64,000 nt of DNA from an uncultured Chloroflexia bacterium (GCA_963760245.1 CAVXCH010000004.1:20241-84240), one strand, 5' to 3'. Positions 6,651-15,555 are shown, counted from the stretch's first letter. The notes: generated from the sequence alone by a model not told the origin. Translations and numbers: made by a program.

Positions 6651-8346
6651 CTACCGTCCGCCACCGGCGCAGGCGCAGGCACAACCGGCACAGGCACAGG
6701 CACAGGCGCAGAATGACCGCCGCCACCCGAGAAACCACCGGTGTGCCCGCTTTTTACGACCGGGACCGGGTTGGTGCGGTTGGTGACGCCGGAAGTGAAT
6801 GACTTTACGTCACCGAGGACCTTGCTGGAGAAGCCCTGGACGCCGGTGACAACCGAGGCGGCAAATGCCGAACCCGGCAGGCTGGCTGAAGACCGTCCTC
6901 CGGAAGACGGCATGGAGACGGATGAGCCTGCGCCGGTCGAGACCGGATCGGTAACCTGGGTCATAGCGACCCCACCACATCGGGATGAAGATCGGCCCGG
7001 TAAAGACGTCGGCGGGTGCGCTCGTCGTAATTCTTGTCGAGCATGGTCCATTCGAGGGATTCGTCGTACATCTGGCTCTTGACCTCGGGCGTACCGGCCG
7101 CTTCGATCTGCTGCCAGGCGCGTTCCATGATGCTCTGGTAGTAGGCGATGGTTTCCTTGCGGCTGAAGCCTTTCATCTTGTCGGAAACACTGTTGACCAG
7201 CTTGACGGTCATCTCCTGCAGCCCCTTGCGGCGGGCGACCAGGTCGTCGACGGCAAACGCCGCCAGGAAATCCTTTTCGTAATCCTGCAGCCCATCGGGC
7301 AGAGGAGATGCCACCTGGAGTTTGAGCGGGTCGCGGGTGACAACCGTGGCGGCGTTCTTCTTGACCACGCCAAACAGGATCATGGTCATGACCTTGTCGA
7401 GCGGCTGTTCCATCAGGATGCCCGCTTCGACCGCGGTCAGGCCGCGCTTGATGCCGTGTCCTTCGATCTGGATCTTGGGCGGCAGGTACGCCAGTTTGCG
7501 TTTGTTTCCATTGATCGCGGACAAGATCGGCGCGCCGACGAACAGCAGGATAAAAAAGCCAAAACAGCAGACGCCGCTCAGATTACTCATGATGCCGTTG
7601 ATAAATCCACCGAGGTCCAAACCCAAGGCTGAGGGTGTCGCCCCGATAGCACCCGCCGGGACATAGGAATTCGGGAAGGACATGCCAAAGATATATTCGG
7701 TCGAGCCATCGGCGTTCGGGCAAGACCAGGTAAACCTCACCCTGCCCTGTCCATCCAGGTCCGCCTGGGGATTGGCATCGCAAGGCCAGCCTCCCGTTGC
7801 CGGATAATAAATGGATTCGGCAGGCTGCACGCCCGGAGGCAGATGGAAAACGACTGTCAGGGTCTCGCTGCCATGTGCGGTTGAGAAGTAGGCGGGGGCG
7901 AATTCACCGCTGGCATAGGTGGTGGTCTTTCCGGAATCGGTGCTGGGGTATAGTACGCCGGTGATGCTGCCAACAGCTACATGGACGCTTCCGGTCTGCC
8001 CCGGCTGAATGGCATCCGATCCCATGACTACTGAAAATCCGGAACCATTACCCTGATAATCCGATTGGGAGACCGTAAGGCTGTGTCCATTGGCGTCGGC
8101 CGATGCGGTGTTCATGTCGAAATTCCCATTGGGCATGCCCACATCCACATAGTCGATCACATGACCGCCGGAGTCATTGGCGAAGGTGAAAACGTAATCG
8201 AGCGCCATGGTCCCGTCGCTATTCCAGTAAACGTTGACGACTTCCTTCGTCAAATTAAAGGAATAAGACTGGGCAGCCACGCTGGAGACCATCGTGAAGA
8301 CCATAAATATCAGCACGATAGAAGCAAGCAGGCGGAGTTTTTTCAT
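6651..8346 (-). pseudogene. DUF2207-like membrane protein with Gly/Ser-rich C-terminal region; about 3 frame breaks in the last 400 nt as assembled
   Basis: Start at MKKLRLLASIV.. (signal peptide, RBS AGGAGGAAGGG). Beta-rich ectodomain, TM helix, then GLTAVEAGILMEQPLDKV.. In the tail, frame A ends at 6961; frame B reads FTGPIFIPMWWGRYDPGY with better GC3; frame C (ORF 6644..7051) reads SSGGRSSASLPGSAFAASVVTGVQGFS...GGFSGGGGHS; a further frame gives the Cys-Ala tail. Alternatively, ORF 6644..6964 (MTQVT.., ATGA overlap with the 6961 stop) is a separate 106-aa gene. Confidence 0.6.
6660..6711 (-). repeat. Coding hexanucleotide microsatellite (TGY-GCC)n
   Basis: Minus strand reads tgcgcctgtgcctgtgcctgtgccggttgtgcctgcgcctgcgccggtggcggacggtag. 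This gives APVPVPVPVVPAPAPVADGRS in the ORF-track frame, or CACACACAGCACACAGGGR-stop (stop at 6651-6653) in the +1 frame. Confidence 0.9.
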
Positions 8347-8395
8347 CCCTTCCTCCTTTACGAAATTTATTGCGGGATTCCAAACAATTGCACAG

Positions 8396-8791
8396 CTACC
8401 ACTTGGGTTCTTCGGTGAGTTGATAAACCGTATTGCAGTACGGACAGGTGACGACAGGCGCACCGTTCACCATTTTGATGTTGTCGGTAGTCAACGCGCC
8501 GCCGCAGGAACGGCACTTCATTTGCTCAATCTTGGTGTCGCCCGGCAGGTCCACCTTGTAAGTAACGTTTTGAGCGGTGTCCGTCTTCGTCTTGCGAGCC
8601 GCCAAAACAATCATGATAATTCCAGCCACCAGGGCGACTGCTCCAAGCAGCATCCCAACGGTGCCGATCCCGGACACGCCCTGGGCACCGCCGGCTGCGC
8701 CCAACAAGATAAAGCCCCCGACACAAATTCCCGAGGCAGCCAACAAGAGCAGGATGACTGCACCGATATACAACCAGGTTCCAGGTTTCAT
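8396..8791 (-). CDS. Membrane protein with C-terminal zinc ribbon
   Basis: Start at MKPGTW (GGAGG 6 nt upstream). Two TM helices, then CRSCGG...CPYCN (CxxC x2). Confidence 0.6.
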   Translation of the reverse strand: MKPGTWLYIGAVILLLLAASGICVGGFILLGAAGGAQGVSGIGTVGMLLGAVALVAGIIMIVLAARKTKTDTAQNVTYKVDLPGDTKIEQMKCRSCGGALTTDNIKMVNGAPVVTCPYCNTVYQLTEEPKW

Positions 8792-8910
8792 GAAATTACC
8801 TCCGTGGTACTCCATGGGATATACGTTTAAACCAGGTCAAGTGTAGCACGTCTTAACCCGTGAGACAATTGACGAATTTCCCATTTTGTATAAATGTCCC
8901 GCCGGAGTTG

Positions 8911-9282
8911 TCAACCCGAACCGGAAGGACGTTTCCCATATTCGATCAACCCGTGGACGGTGTCAATGGGGAGAACGACCAGGATGCCGTTCCCGGGCTC
9001 ATCCAAGTCGCCGACAATTTCTTCGGTCACCTTGAGGATACGCCCCACCAAATCCTCCTGCACGACCGTAAAAATTGTACGGCTCAAATCCTCGCTTTGA
9101 ACAAAAAAATCACTCAAGGAAGGCATCAAGGGCAGGTCATCGCGCAGAGCCATGGACTGGTTGATGCGACCCATGCCGGTGCTGGACAAGACCGTAGCAC
9201 CGCTTACACCGGCTTCCTTCCAAGCCTTCAGGAGATCCAACAATCGCATGGGATCATTCAGGACGAAAAGAATCATCTTCAT
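8911..9282 (-). CDS. PII-like small regulatory protein
   Basis: 123 aa from MKMILFVLNDP.. with LLKAWKEAGVSGATVLSSTGMGR, which resembles the PII/GlnB-like fold signature. It starts 1 nt after the antiporter stop. Confidence 0.5.
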   Translation of the reverse strand: MKMILFVLNDPMRLLDLLKAWKEAGVSGATVLSSTGMGRINQSMALRDDLPLMPSLSDFFVQSEDLSRTIFTVVQEDLVGRILKVTEEIVGDLDEPGNGILVVLPIDTVHGLIEYGKRPSGSG

Positions 9283-9283
9283 A

Positions 9284-10507
9284 TCAGCTCTCCTCTCCCC
9301 TTTTCGCCGGAACCATTGCCTTTGGTTTGAGACGTTCAAAAGCAAAACGCAGCAGCGGCGGCGTGACGAGGGTGGTAAGCAGCACTGCGGCGACAATGGC
9401 AGAGTATGCCCCGCTTTCTAACAAGCCAGCCTTGCTGCCTGCCGCCGCAACGATCAGGGTGACCTCCCCGCGCGCCACCATCCCGGCACCCAACTGGAAT
9501 GATTCGTGACCGGGTAACCCGCCCAACCTTGCGCCTGCTGCGGCACCAAATATTTTTCCGGCAATTGCTGCCAATGCGACTACAAGAATCAGCCAGACAG
9601 CGTTTATATCCAGGGTGTGCAAATCGATTGAAAGGCCAACATTGATAAAGAAAATGGGAACAAAAAGCCCATATGCCAGAGAGGTAATCCCCTGTTCGAT
9701 TTGACCTTTTTCGGGAGTGCGGGCAAACATCAACCCAGCCAGGAAAGCACCGATCAAGGCAGCCATCTGGCCCACCAGCTCTGAGGCCAGGCCGTAAAGG
9801 AGCATGATCACGATGGCAAAAGCAAGCACGCCCTGGCTGATGGACAAGTGCCCCACCCAGCGTACCAGGGACGGAAGAACCCACAGCCCAAAGGCCGTGG
9901 CGGCGACAAGAAAAAGAGCCATGCGACCTGCAAGCAAAACCAGACCCCAGAAACCAGCAGCGCCGGTGGTGATTGCCAGGAAGACCGAGAAGGCCAGGAT
10001 GGAGAGGATATCGTCCACCACGGCAGCGCCGAGCAAGCTCAACCCCACCCGGCTGCGCAGCACGCTCATTTCCATCAACGTGCGCGCCGATATGCTTACG
10101 CTGGTGGCACCCAACGCCAGCCCCAGCAGGAGAGCAGCAGAGCCGGTGAGACCAAAAAGCCGTCCCCCACCCCAGCCCAGCCCGATGGACAGGAGCAGCC
10201 CTCCAACGCTTGCCAGGAGGGATACTCTGCGGTGGCTGGCCAGCTCGCCCAGGTGAAGTTCGAGGCCCGCGATGAACATCAACATCAAAACCCCCAGTTC
10301 GCTGAGGTCAGAAATGGTGACCCCCAGTGTAGTGCTGCTAATGAAAGGCAGACCAAGGATGTTAATCAGAGACGGGCCAAGCACCACCCCGATGAGAAGT
10401 TCCCCCAATACCGAGGGCTGCCCCAGGCGGGTGCTGATGTATCCAGCCGCTTTGGCAGCCAACAAGATGACGACCAGTTCAAAGGCGAGTTGCAGAAAGG
10501 GGGTCAT
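9284..10507 (-). CDS. Cation:proton antiporter (CPA2 / Kef-type Na+/H+ exchanger family)
   Basis: 407 aa with about 12 TM helices. N-terminal LAAKAAGYISTRLGQPSVLGELLIGVVLGPS is typical of Na_H_Exchanger proteins. No fused KTN/RCK domain. Confidence 0.8.
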   Translation of the reverse strand: MTPFLQLAFELVVILLAAKAAGYISTRLGQPSVLGELLIGVVLGPSLINILGLPFISSTTLGVTISDLSELGVLMLMFIAGLELHLGELASHRRVSLLASVGGLLLSIGLGWGGGRLFGLTGSAALLLGLALGATSVSISARTLMEMSVLRSRVGLSLLGAAVVDDILSILAFSVFLAITTGAAGFWGLVLLAGRMALFLVAATAFGLWVLPSLVRWVGHLSISQGVLAFAIVIMLLYGLASELVGQMAALIGAFLAGLMFARTPEKGQIEQGITSLAYGLFVPIFFINVGLSIDLHTLDINAVWLILVVALAAIAGKIFGAAAGARLGGLPGHESFQLGAGMVARGEVTLIVAAAGSKAGLLESGAYSAIVAAVLLTTLVTPPLLRFAFERLKPKAMVPAKRGEES

Positions 10508-10655
10508 GGCATGGAAAGTTTATCATATCCTTTCATTTGATAAAGAAGATTGCTGGCAAATCCCGATCAGGGAGGCATGGACTCCCAACCATTCCTGGAA
10601 GATGGCTTGTACTTTGCCGGACAAACCTTGGTAGAATCAAGAAGAGGAGATCAAG

Positions 10656-11297
10656 ATGAACCACCTGCCGATCGACACAAGCAAAGACCCTAAATCAATC
10701 CGCCTGTTCAAGTCGGACTTCCTGGAATTTTTTACACACATCAGCCCGGTGACGATCATCATCTTATGGGTACCGGTGACAGCGTACCTGCTTGTGGCCG
10801 CCATCCTGAGCGCTAAACCCGGGGCTTTCCCATGGTTCATCCCGGCTGCCTTCGCCGCCGGCCTGTTCGAATGGACACTGGCGGAGTACACCCTGCACCG
10901 CTTCCTCTTCCATTACCCGGCCAAGACTCCGAAAGCCGAGCGGATCTTCTTCCTGTTCCACGGCGTGCACCATGCCCAGCCCCAGGACAAGACCCGCCTG
11001 GTGATGCCGTTCCCGGTGAGCATTCCCATGTCGCTGCTTTTCTACGGGTTGTTCACATTGGTTTTGGGAGTGCTTTTGAAAGCGAACCAATGGATCAACC
11101 CGATGGCAGCCGGTTTCCTGGCGGGTTATCTCATCTACGACCTGATGCATTATGCCCAGCATCATTTCCCGATGCGCAGCGGGTATGCTAAATATATCAA
11201 ACGCTACCACATGGCGCACCACTACAAAAGCCCAAACACGCGCTACGGGGTCAGTTCCCCGCTATGGGACTGGGTGTTCGGGACAGCCGGGGAATAA
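10656..11297 (+). CDS. Fatty acid hydroxylase / sterol desaturase family membrane protein
   Basis: Histidine boxes HRFLFH, HGVHH, HYAQHH and HMAHHY. RBS GAGGAG. Confidence 0.8.
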   Translation: MNHLPIDTSKDPKSIRLFKSDFLEFFTHISPVTIIILWVPVTAYLLVAAILSAKPGAFPWFIPAAFAAGLFEWTLAEYTLHRFLFHYPAKTPKAERIFFLFHGVHHAQPQDKTRLVMPFPVSIPMSLLFYGLFTLVLGVLLKANQWINPMAAGFLAGYLIYDLMHYAQHHFPMRSGYAKYIKRYHMAHHYKSPNTRYGVSSPLWDWVFGTAGE

Positions 11298-11382
11298 GAA
11301 ATAAGAGAAGAAAGCGGAACCTGTGTGATCAAAGGGGGCGGATGGGTTTCGGGTTCGAAGAAACGGAAGGTCGTGTGCACTG

Positions 11383-12732
11383 TTATTTGCAATGCACTTG
11401 TCGAACCTGGCAAGACCGATGGAAGGGAACGAGCATTTTCCGATTCCCTTTGAGAATTAGAAAGGGACGGTTTTTTTTTCTGTAAGTCTGCGGAGGTTTG
11501 TCATCGCCTTCCAAATCAGACCCGAGATTTCCCAAATCAATAGGCGTAAACGAGTAGTCCCCTGAATCAATGTGTGGGGGAGACTGTAATACCCTTTTCC
11601 TGAGTGTATTACCAGGTTCGTTATCGTTTTCCTGATCTGATCCCAGATGTGCCAAATCGATGGGAGTGAACGAGAATATTTCCTGCTCCGTAAACGCTTG
11701 AGCCTGGGCGGCTTTTTTCCTTGCCGACAAGATAAAAGTTGGGGACTGCCGCCTGTGTTCCTGCGCTTTTTCACGCCGCTCCTTACGCAGCGCCTGATAC
11801 CCTTGCTGGAGGAACAGCAGGACAGTCCGCATTTTCCAGGATTTGTCCAAACCGTGAGGTAAAACTACCTTGTTTTCCGAGATCGCAACGCACCCCTGTT
11901 CCACCAGGACTTGGAGGCTAACCTTTCCACGGGAAAGGAGATCCTGATAAAGGGCGGAGTAGAGCAAGTCGAGACGACCGCTGAGTAACAAGCGCCGATA
12001 GTAGCGACGACAAGTGAGCATGGGAGGATACCACCCCGGCAGATCCTGCCAGGGGGCGTGATGAGCCAGTTTCCAGAAAATGGCATCGAGCAATTTGCGA
12101 GGGTCAGCAGGCGGACGGCCGCGTTTACCGGTGCGCTCAGCAGGGGGAACCAGCGGCTCAAGAACAGCCCATTGACGGGGGGTCAGGAAGGGGAATGGGG
12201 AGCGCGAGACAGAAGGACAGAGCGCTTCTTCGAGAGCAAGTGAATTAAAGTCACTTTTATTCATATAATCCCGGAACGAATAGGCTTCGCCACTGATCCC
12301 CTTTTCCAGCAAGGAATTGTGGATAAGAGCCCCGGCATGCTTTGAGACAACTTGCAGGTCGGACCCGATCAGGAAGCGCTTGACAAAATCCACCTTCATC
12401 CGCCCAACGATACCAACCATCCTCACCACAGTATTAAACCAGGCAATTATCGAGCGGTTGTCTTCGACACTCCTTAAATTCTGGTAAGCCCGGCCAATTT
12501 CTTTCATAAGGTCCAGGATCAATCGTTGGGAAACAGACGGGGAACTACAGTCGAGCAAGCGCGGATAAGCCGGCAGAGTGGACGAGAGCTCCGTGAGGGG
12601 GGTGCGATTTTTGACGGCGTAAAGCCCATGGTTAAGGGCATTATGATTTAACGGCTGCCCTCCGCGCCTGCGGAGGAGGACGGGCGGGAGACGGGGAAGC
12701 GTTGGAATAGAATAAGGAACTGAATTCAACAT
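11383..12732 (-). CDS. Hypothetical protein with an internal IS5-type transposase N-terminal HTH (DUF4096-like) and no DDE domain
   Basis: The central segment LTPRQWAVLEPLVPPAERTGKRGRPPADPRKLLDAIFWKLAHHAPWQDLPGWYPPMLTCRRYYRR matches the N-terminal module of IS5/IS4-family transposases. No catalytic domain follows and no terminal inverted repeats were seen. Confidence 0.6.
   Translation of the reverse strand: MLNSVPYSIPTLPRLPPVLLRRRGGQPLNHNALNHGLYAVKNRTPLTELSSTLPAYPRLLDCSSPSVSQRLILDLMKEIGRAYQNLRSVEDNRSIIAWFNTVVRMVGIVGRMKVDFVKRFLIGSDLQVVSKHAGALIHNSLLEKGISGEAYSFRDYMNKSDFNSLALEEALCPSVSRSPFPFLTPRQWAVLEPLVPPAERTGKRGRPPADPRKLLDAIFWKLAHHAPWQDLPGWYPPMLTCRRYYRRLLLSGRLDLLYSALYQDLLSRGKVSLQVLVEQGCVAISENKVVLPHGLDKSWKMRTVLLFLQQGYQALRKERREKAQEHRRQSPTFILSARKKAAQAQAFTEQEIFSFTPIDLAHLGSDQENDNEPGNTLRKRVLQSPPHIDSGDYSFTPIDLGNLGSDLEGDDKPPQTYRKKNRPFLILKGNRKMLVPFHRSCQVRQVHCK
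11513..11682 (-). repeat. Two imperfect ~45-nt direct repeats inside the CDS (encode FSFTPIDLxxLGSDxExD twice)
   Basis: Peptide ..IFSFTPIDLAHLGSDQENDNEP.. and ..DYSFTPIDLGNLGSDLEGDDKP.. The DNA copies lie at about 11515-11560 and 11634-11679. A T9 run (A9 in the coding sense) at 11471-11479 lies just downstream of them. Confidence 0.8.
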
Positions 12733-12876
12733 TGGGACGCTCCAGTCATTTAATGTATATAGAAGACAGGGCTAATAACGCCTATTATAGCACATCCGTT
12801 CTAGTTTGGAAATATGAAAACCGGTTTCCTCCCGTACAATGCGGATGTCCCCGGTACAAAACAAGCTTCATTAATA

Positions 12877-12916
12877 AGACTACGGACATCCTGAGATATC
12901 CGTAGTCTGGTTTTTT
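12877..12916. terminator. Intrinsic terminator hairpin, probably bidirectional
   Basis: Perfect 10-bp stem AGACTACGGA (12877-86) / TCCGTAGTCT (12899-908). It is followed by GGTTTTTT on the plus strand and by TTATTAAT on the minus strand. It lies 47 nt downstream of the GntR gene stop. Confidence 0.65.
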
Positions 12917-12963
12917 ATTGTGGGTTAGATTCTTGATTTACAGAAGCAGGGGAGGTTTGTCGA

Positions 12964-13707
12964 TTAAGTCCGCTGCAGGCGGGCGACGAACTGGTAGCGA
13001 TCGGCGTGGAAGACGACCTTGCTGTACTCCACTGTCAGCCCCCCCCGATCCGTGGAGATGCGCTTCAGGCGCATCACCGGGGCACCTTTGTTGATGCCGA
13101 GCAGTCCCGCTTCCTGCCCGGTAGCCGAACCGGCAGTGACCAGGTCGAGCGCCTCCTGCGGGTGGGCATTATAGATTTTTTCCAGGGTGGCATACACCGA
13201 AGTATTATTCAAATCCAACGTAGCCAGCGCCGGAAAGCGGTCGAACGAGAGATACATTTCCTCAATGGCGAAGGGAAGCTGCTTGGCAAGGCGCAGGTTA
13301 CATAAATGGATGACCCGGGCAGCCTTGAAAAGTTTAAGTTCATTGGCTATCTCCTCGCCAGCTGGGATCACTTCTTGCAACAGGATCGTGTTCGAAGGCT
13401 CAAGGGCATCAGCGGACAGGTTTTCGGTCATGCTGAACAGCGGGCCGGTAACCGTGTAACTGCGCTTGATGGGCGGTGCCACAAAAGTCCCCTTGGCCCG
13501 CTTGCGGATCAGCAGTCCTTCGGTGACGAGCTCGCGAAAGGCGCGATGCACCACCAGCCGACTGATGCCCAACTGCTCGCTCAGGCTGAACTCACTCGGC
13601 AGCATTTCGCCGGGTTTCAATTCACCGCTGGCGATCAAGGCTTTCACCGCTTCCTTGACCTGGTGGTAATACGGGACAGCAGATTGTTTATTGAATATAA
13701 TGTTCAA
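12964..13707 (-). CDS. GntR-family transcriptional regulator, HutC subfamily (HTH + UTRA)
   Basis: KPGEMLPSEFSLSEQLGISRLVVHRAFRELVTEGLLIRKRAKGTFV, then a UTRA-like C-terminal half. I prefer the TTG start at 13707 (GAGGAG 6 nt upstream), because the longer ORF overlaps the AOR 3' end. Confidence 0.8.
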   Translation of the reverse strand: MNIIFNKQSAVPYYHQVKEAVKALIASGELKPGEMLPSEFSLSEQLGISRLVVHRAFRELVTEGLLIRKRAKGTFVAPPIKRSYTVTGPLFSMTENLSADALEPSNTILLQEVIPAGEEIANELKLFKAARVIHLCNLRLAKQLPFAIEEMYLSFDRFPALATLDLNNTSVYATLEKIYNAHPQEALDLVTAGSATGQEAGLLGINKGAPVMRLKRISTDRGGLTVEYSKVVFHADRYQFVARLQRT

Positions 13708-13751
13708 GGGCTTCTCCTCACAAGGTCTGCAGTCGTGATCCCCGATCCAGG

Positions 13752-15555
13752 TTACAGATGCAGGTCTTCCCTGGGATGGCCGGTTTCGGGGTCCCAACCG
13801 AACTCGGCATAAGCACCAGCCAACAGGGTAGGCATATCCGGCACATAACCAGCTGCGCCGCCCTCCTTGAGCGGTTTGAGCAGCAGGTCAGGCAGCCGGT
13901 CGTTGGCTCTGGTCAGCCCGAGCTTGAAGTTCAACAGGCGTTTGATGTTGACGATGCGCTTGCCCAACGTCATCAAGTCTTCTGCTTCCAGGTCCCAGCC
14001 GGTGGCCGCGTTTATTGCTGCCAGGAGCGGTTGAACGCCCGGATTTTCGAACTGGCACAGGATGAGGGAATTATACAGGTTGCGCCAGGCCTGCAAACGT
14101 GCTGCTGTGCGGCCCTTTTCGATCGTGTTCTCATGCCGGTCGCCTGGCTCCAGACCGACTTCTCCAAGATTGCTTTGACCCAGGTCGAGGGTGAACATAT
14201 CGCCCTGCATGTGGCAGGCACCGCGGGGAGAAAGGGCGTAGGTGACAGCCATGCCCAGGTAAGCGCGTGGATCGTGCATGGGCACTTCCAATCGGTTGAC
14301 GGTGGCTGAAAGCTCCGGCACACCTGCACGCTCAGCCAGGGCGGCGTTGCCTTCGGCCAGCACAGCGCCAAAACCCTCCCGGCGGGCAGTCAGCTCGATC
14401 AGGCGGAAGACCATCTCGGGATCGCCATAACGAATTTCCAGACCACCTGTATCCGCCGAGGTGAGCAGGCCGCGGTCGAACAGTTCGCAGGCCAGACCGA
14501 TGGTCACGCCCATGCTGATAATGTCCATGCCGTAGAGATTGCACAGGTGCCCGGCGTGGATCACCGCTTCCAGGTCGAAGATCATCAACAGGGAACCCAA
14601 CGCCCCTACCGTCTCGTACTCGGGTCCATCCACCTTGGGATCTTTATAGGTAGGGGATTGTGTCTCCCGCCCGCAGGCGATCACGCACTTGTGGCAGGCT
14701 GTATTGCGCGTGAGAAACTTTTCAGCCAGGTCAACCCCGGAGAGATCGTCAGCCGGCGCGTATTCGCCCAACTGGAAGTAACGGATGGGCAGGTCGCCCA
14801 ACATATGGCTCAGGTTAACATAGCCAGCAGTGCCGTAGGCGCGGTAGGATTGGGCGGGAAAGTCATCTTTATAGAACGCCAGGATCTGGTTGGTGATGGC
14901 TTTGTATTCTTCAGGGGCATAGAGTGGAACCTTGCCTGTGCCACGCACCGCGATTGCCTTCAGGTTCTTGGAGCCCATCACTGCGCCCAGGCCGGTGCGG
15001 GCGGCAAAACGGCCGTGGTCGTTGGCGATGCCGGCCAGCTTGACCATGTTTTCGCCTGCCAGCCCGATGCAGGCCACGCGCACTTTTGGGTCACCCAGGG
15101 CCTCGCGAAGGCGGGTCTGTGTGGCGTAGATGTCGTTGCCCCACAGGTCGCCGGCTGCTATGCAGCGCAGCCTGCCCTTCGATAATCGACAACCAGACCG
15201 GCTGCTCAGCCTTGCCGGTGATCAATACTCCGTCATAACCGGCGTAGCGCAGCTCGGGGCCAAAGAAACCGCCGCTGTTGGCTTCACCCCAGATGCCCGT
15301 TAGCGGTGAGCGGGCGCACACGCTGTAACGCCCGGCTGAGGTCATCGAGGTGCCCACCAGGGGACCGGTCAGGAAGAACAGCGGGTTCTCCGGGCCAAGC
15401 GGATCTGTGCGGTCGTCTAGCAGGTCGTAAAGATAGCGCGCTGCCAGCCCACTGCCACCCACATAGGTGCGGGCGTAGTCTTCGTTGAGCGCTTCGTCCC
15501 ACAGCCGGCCGTGGCTGAGGTCGACGCGCAGGATCTTGCCCAGGTATCCGTTCAT
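13752..15555 (-). pseudogene. Aldehyde:ferredoxin oxidoreductase (tungstopterin AOR family); one frame break as assembled
   Basis: N-terminal ORF (15091..15573) reads MNGYLGKILRVDLSHG..GGSGLAARYLYD..SPLTGIWGE. C-terminal ORF (13752..15083) contains the 4Fe-4S ligand motif CHKCVIACGR. In the second frame the sequence continues AAGDLWGNDIYATQTRLREALGDPKVRVACIG. The break is near 15153-15165. ATGA overlap with the SCP2 gene. Confidence 0.85.

Noticed and set aside
6654-6710. Short tandem repeat considered as a possible CRISPR or other array
   Set aside because: It is a 6-nt coding microsatellite inside an ORF, with no spacers and no cas genes. No CRISPR array exists anywhere in the window.
6644-7051. 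135-aa ORF as an independent Gly/Ser-rich precursor peptide for the rSAM enzyme
   Set aside because: Not fully excluded, because MTQVT.. at 6964 forms an ATGA overlap with the 6961 stop. However, a third frame between the two ORFs encodes FTGPIFIPMWWGRYDPGY with better codon usage, and the window is riddled with indels. The simpler reading is therefore one DUF2207-like gene with a broken tail. I kept it as an alternative in the feature evidence.
11383-12732. Annotating this gene as an IS element / mobile_element
   Set aside because: Only the N-terminal HTH-like module of an IS5-type transposase is present. It has no DDE domain and no inverted repeats or target-site duplication that I could see.
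12964-13797. Long version of the GntR ORF starting at 13797
   Set aside because: It overlaps the AOR 3' end by 46 nt and adds a non-conserved Arg/Pro-rich leader. An in-frame TTG at 13707 has a GAGGAG RBS and gives a standard-length GntR protein.
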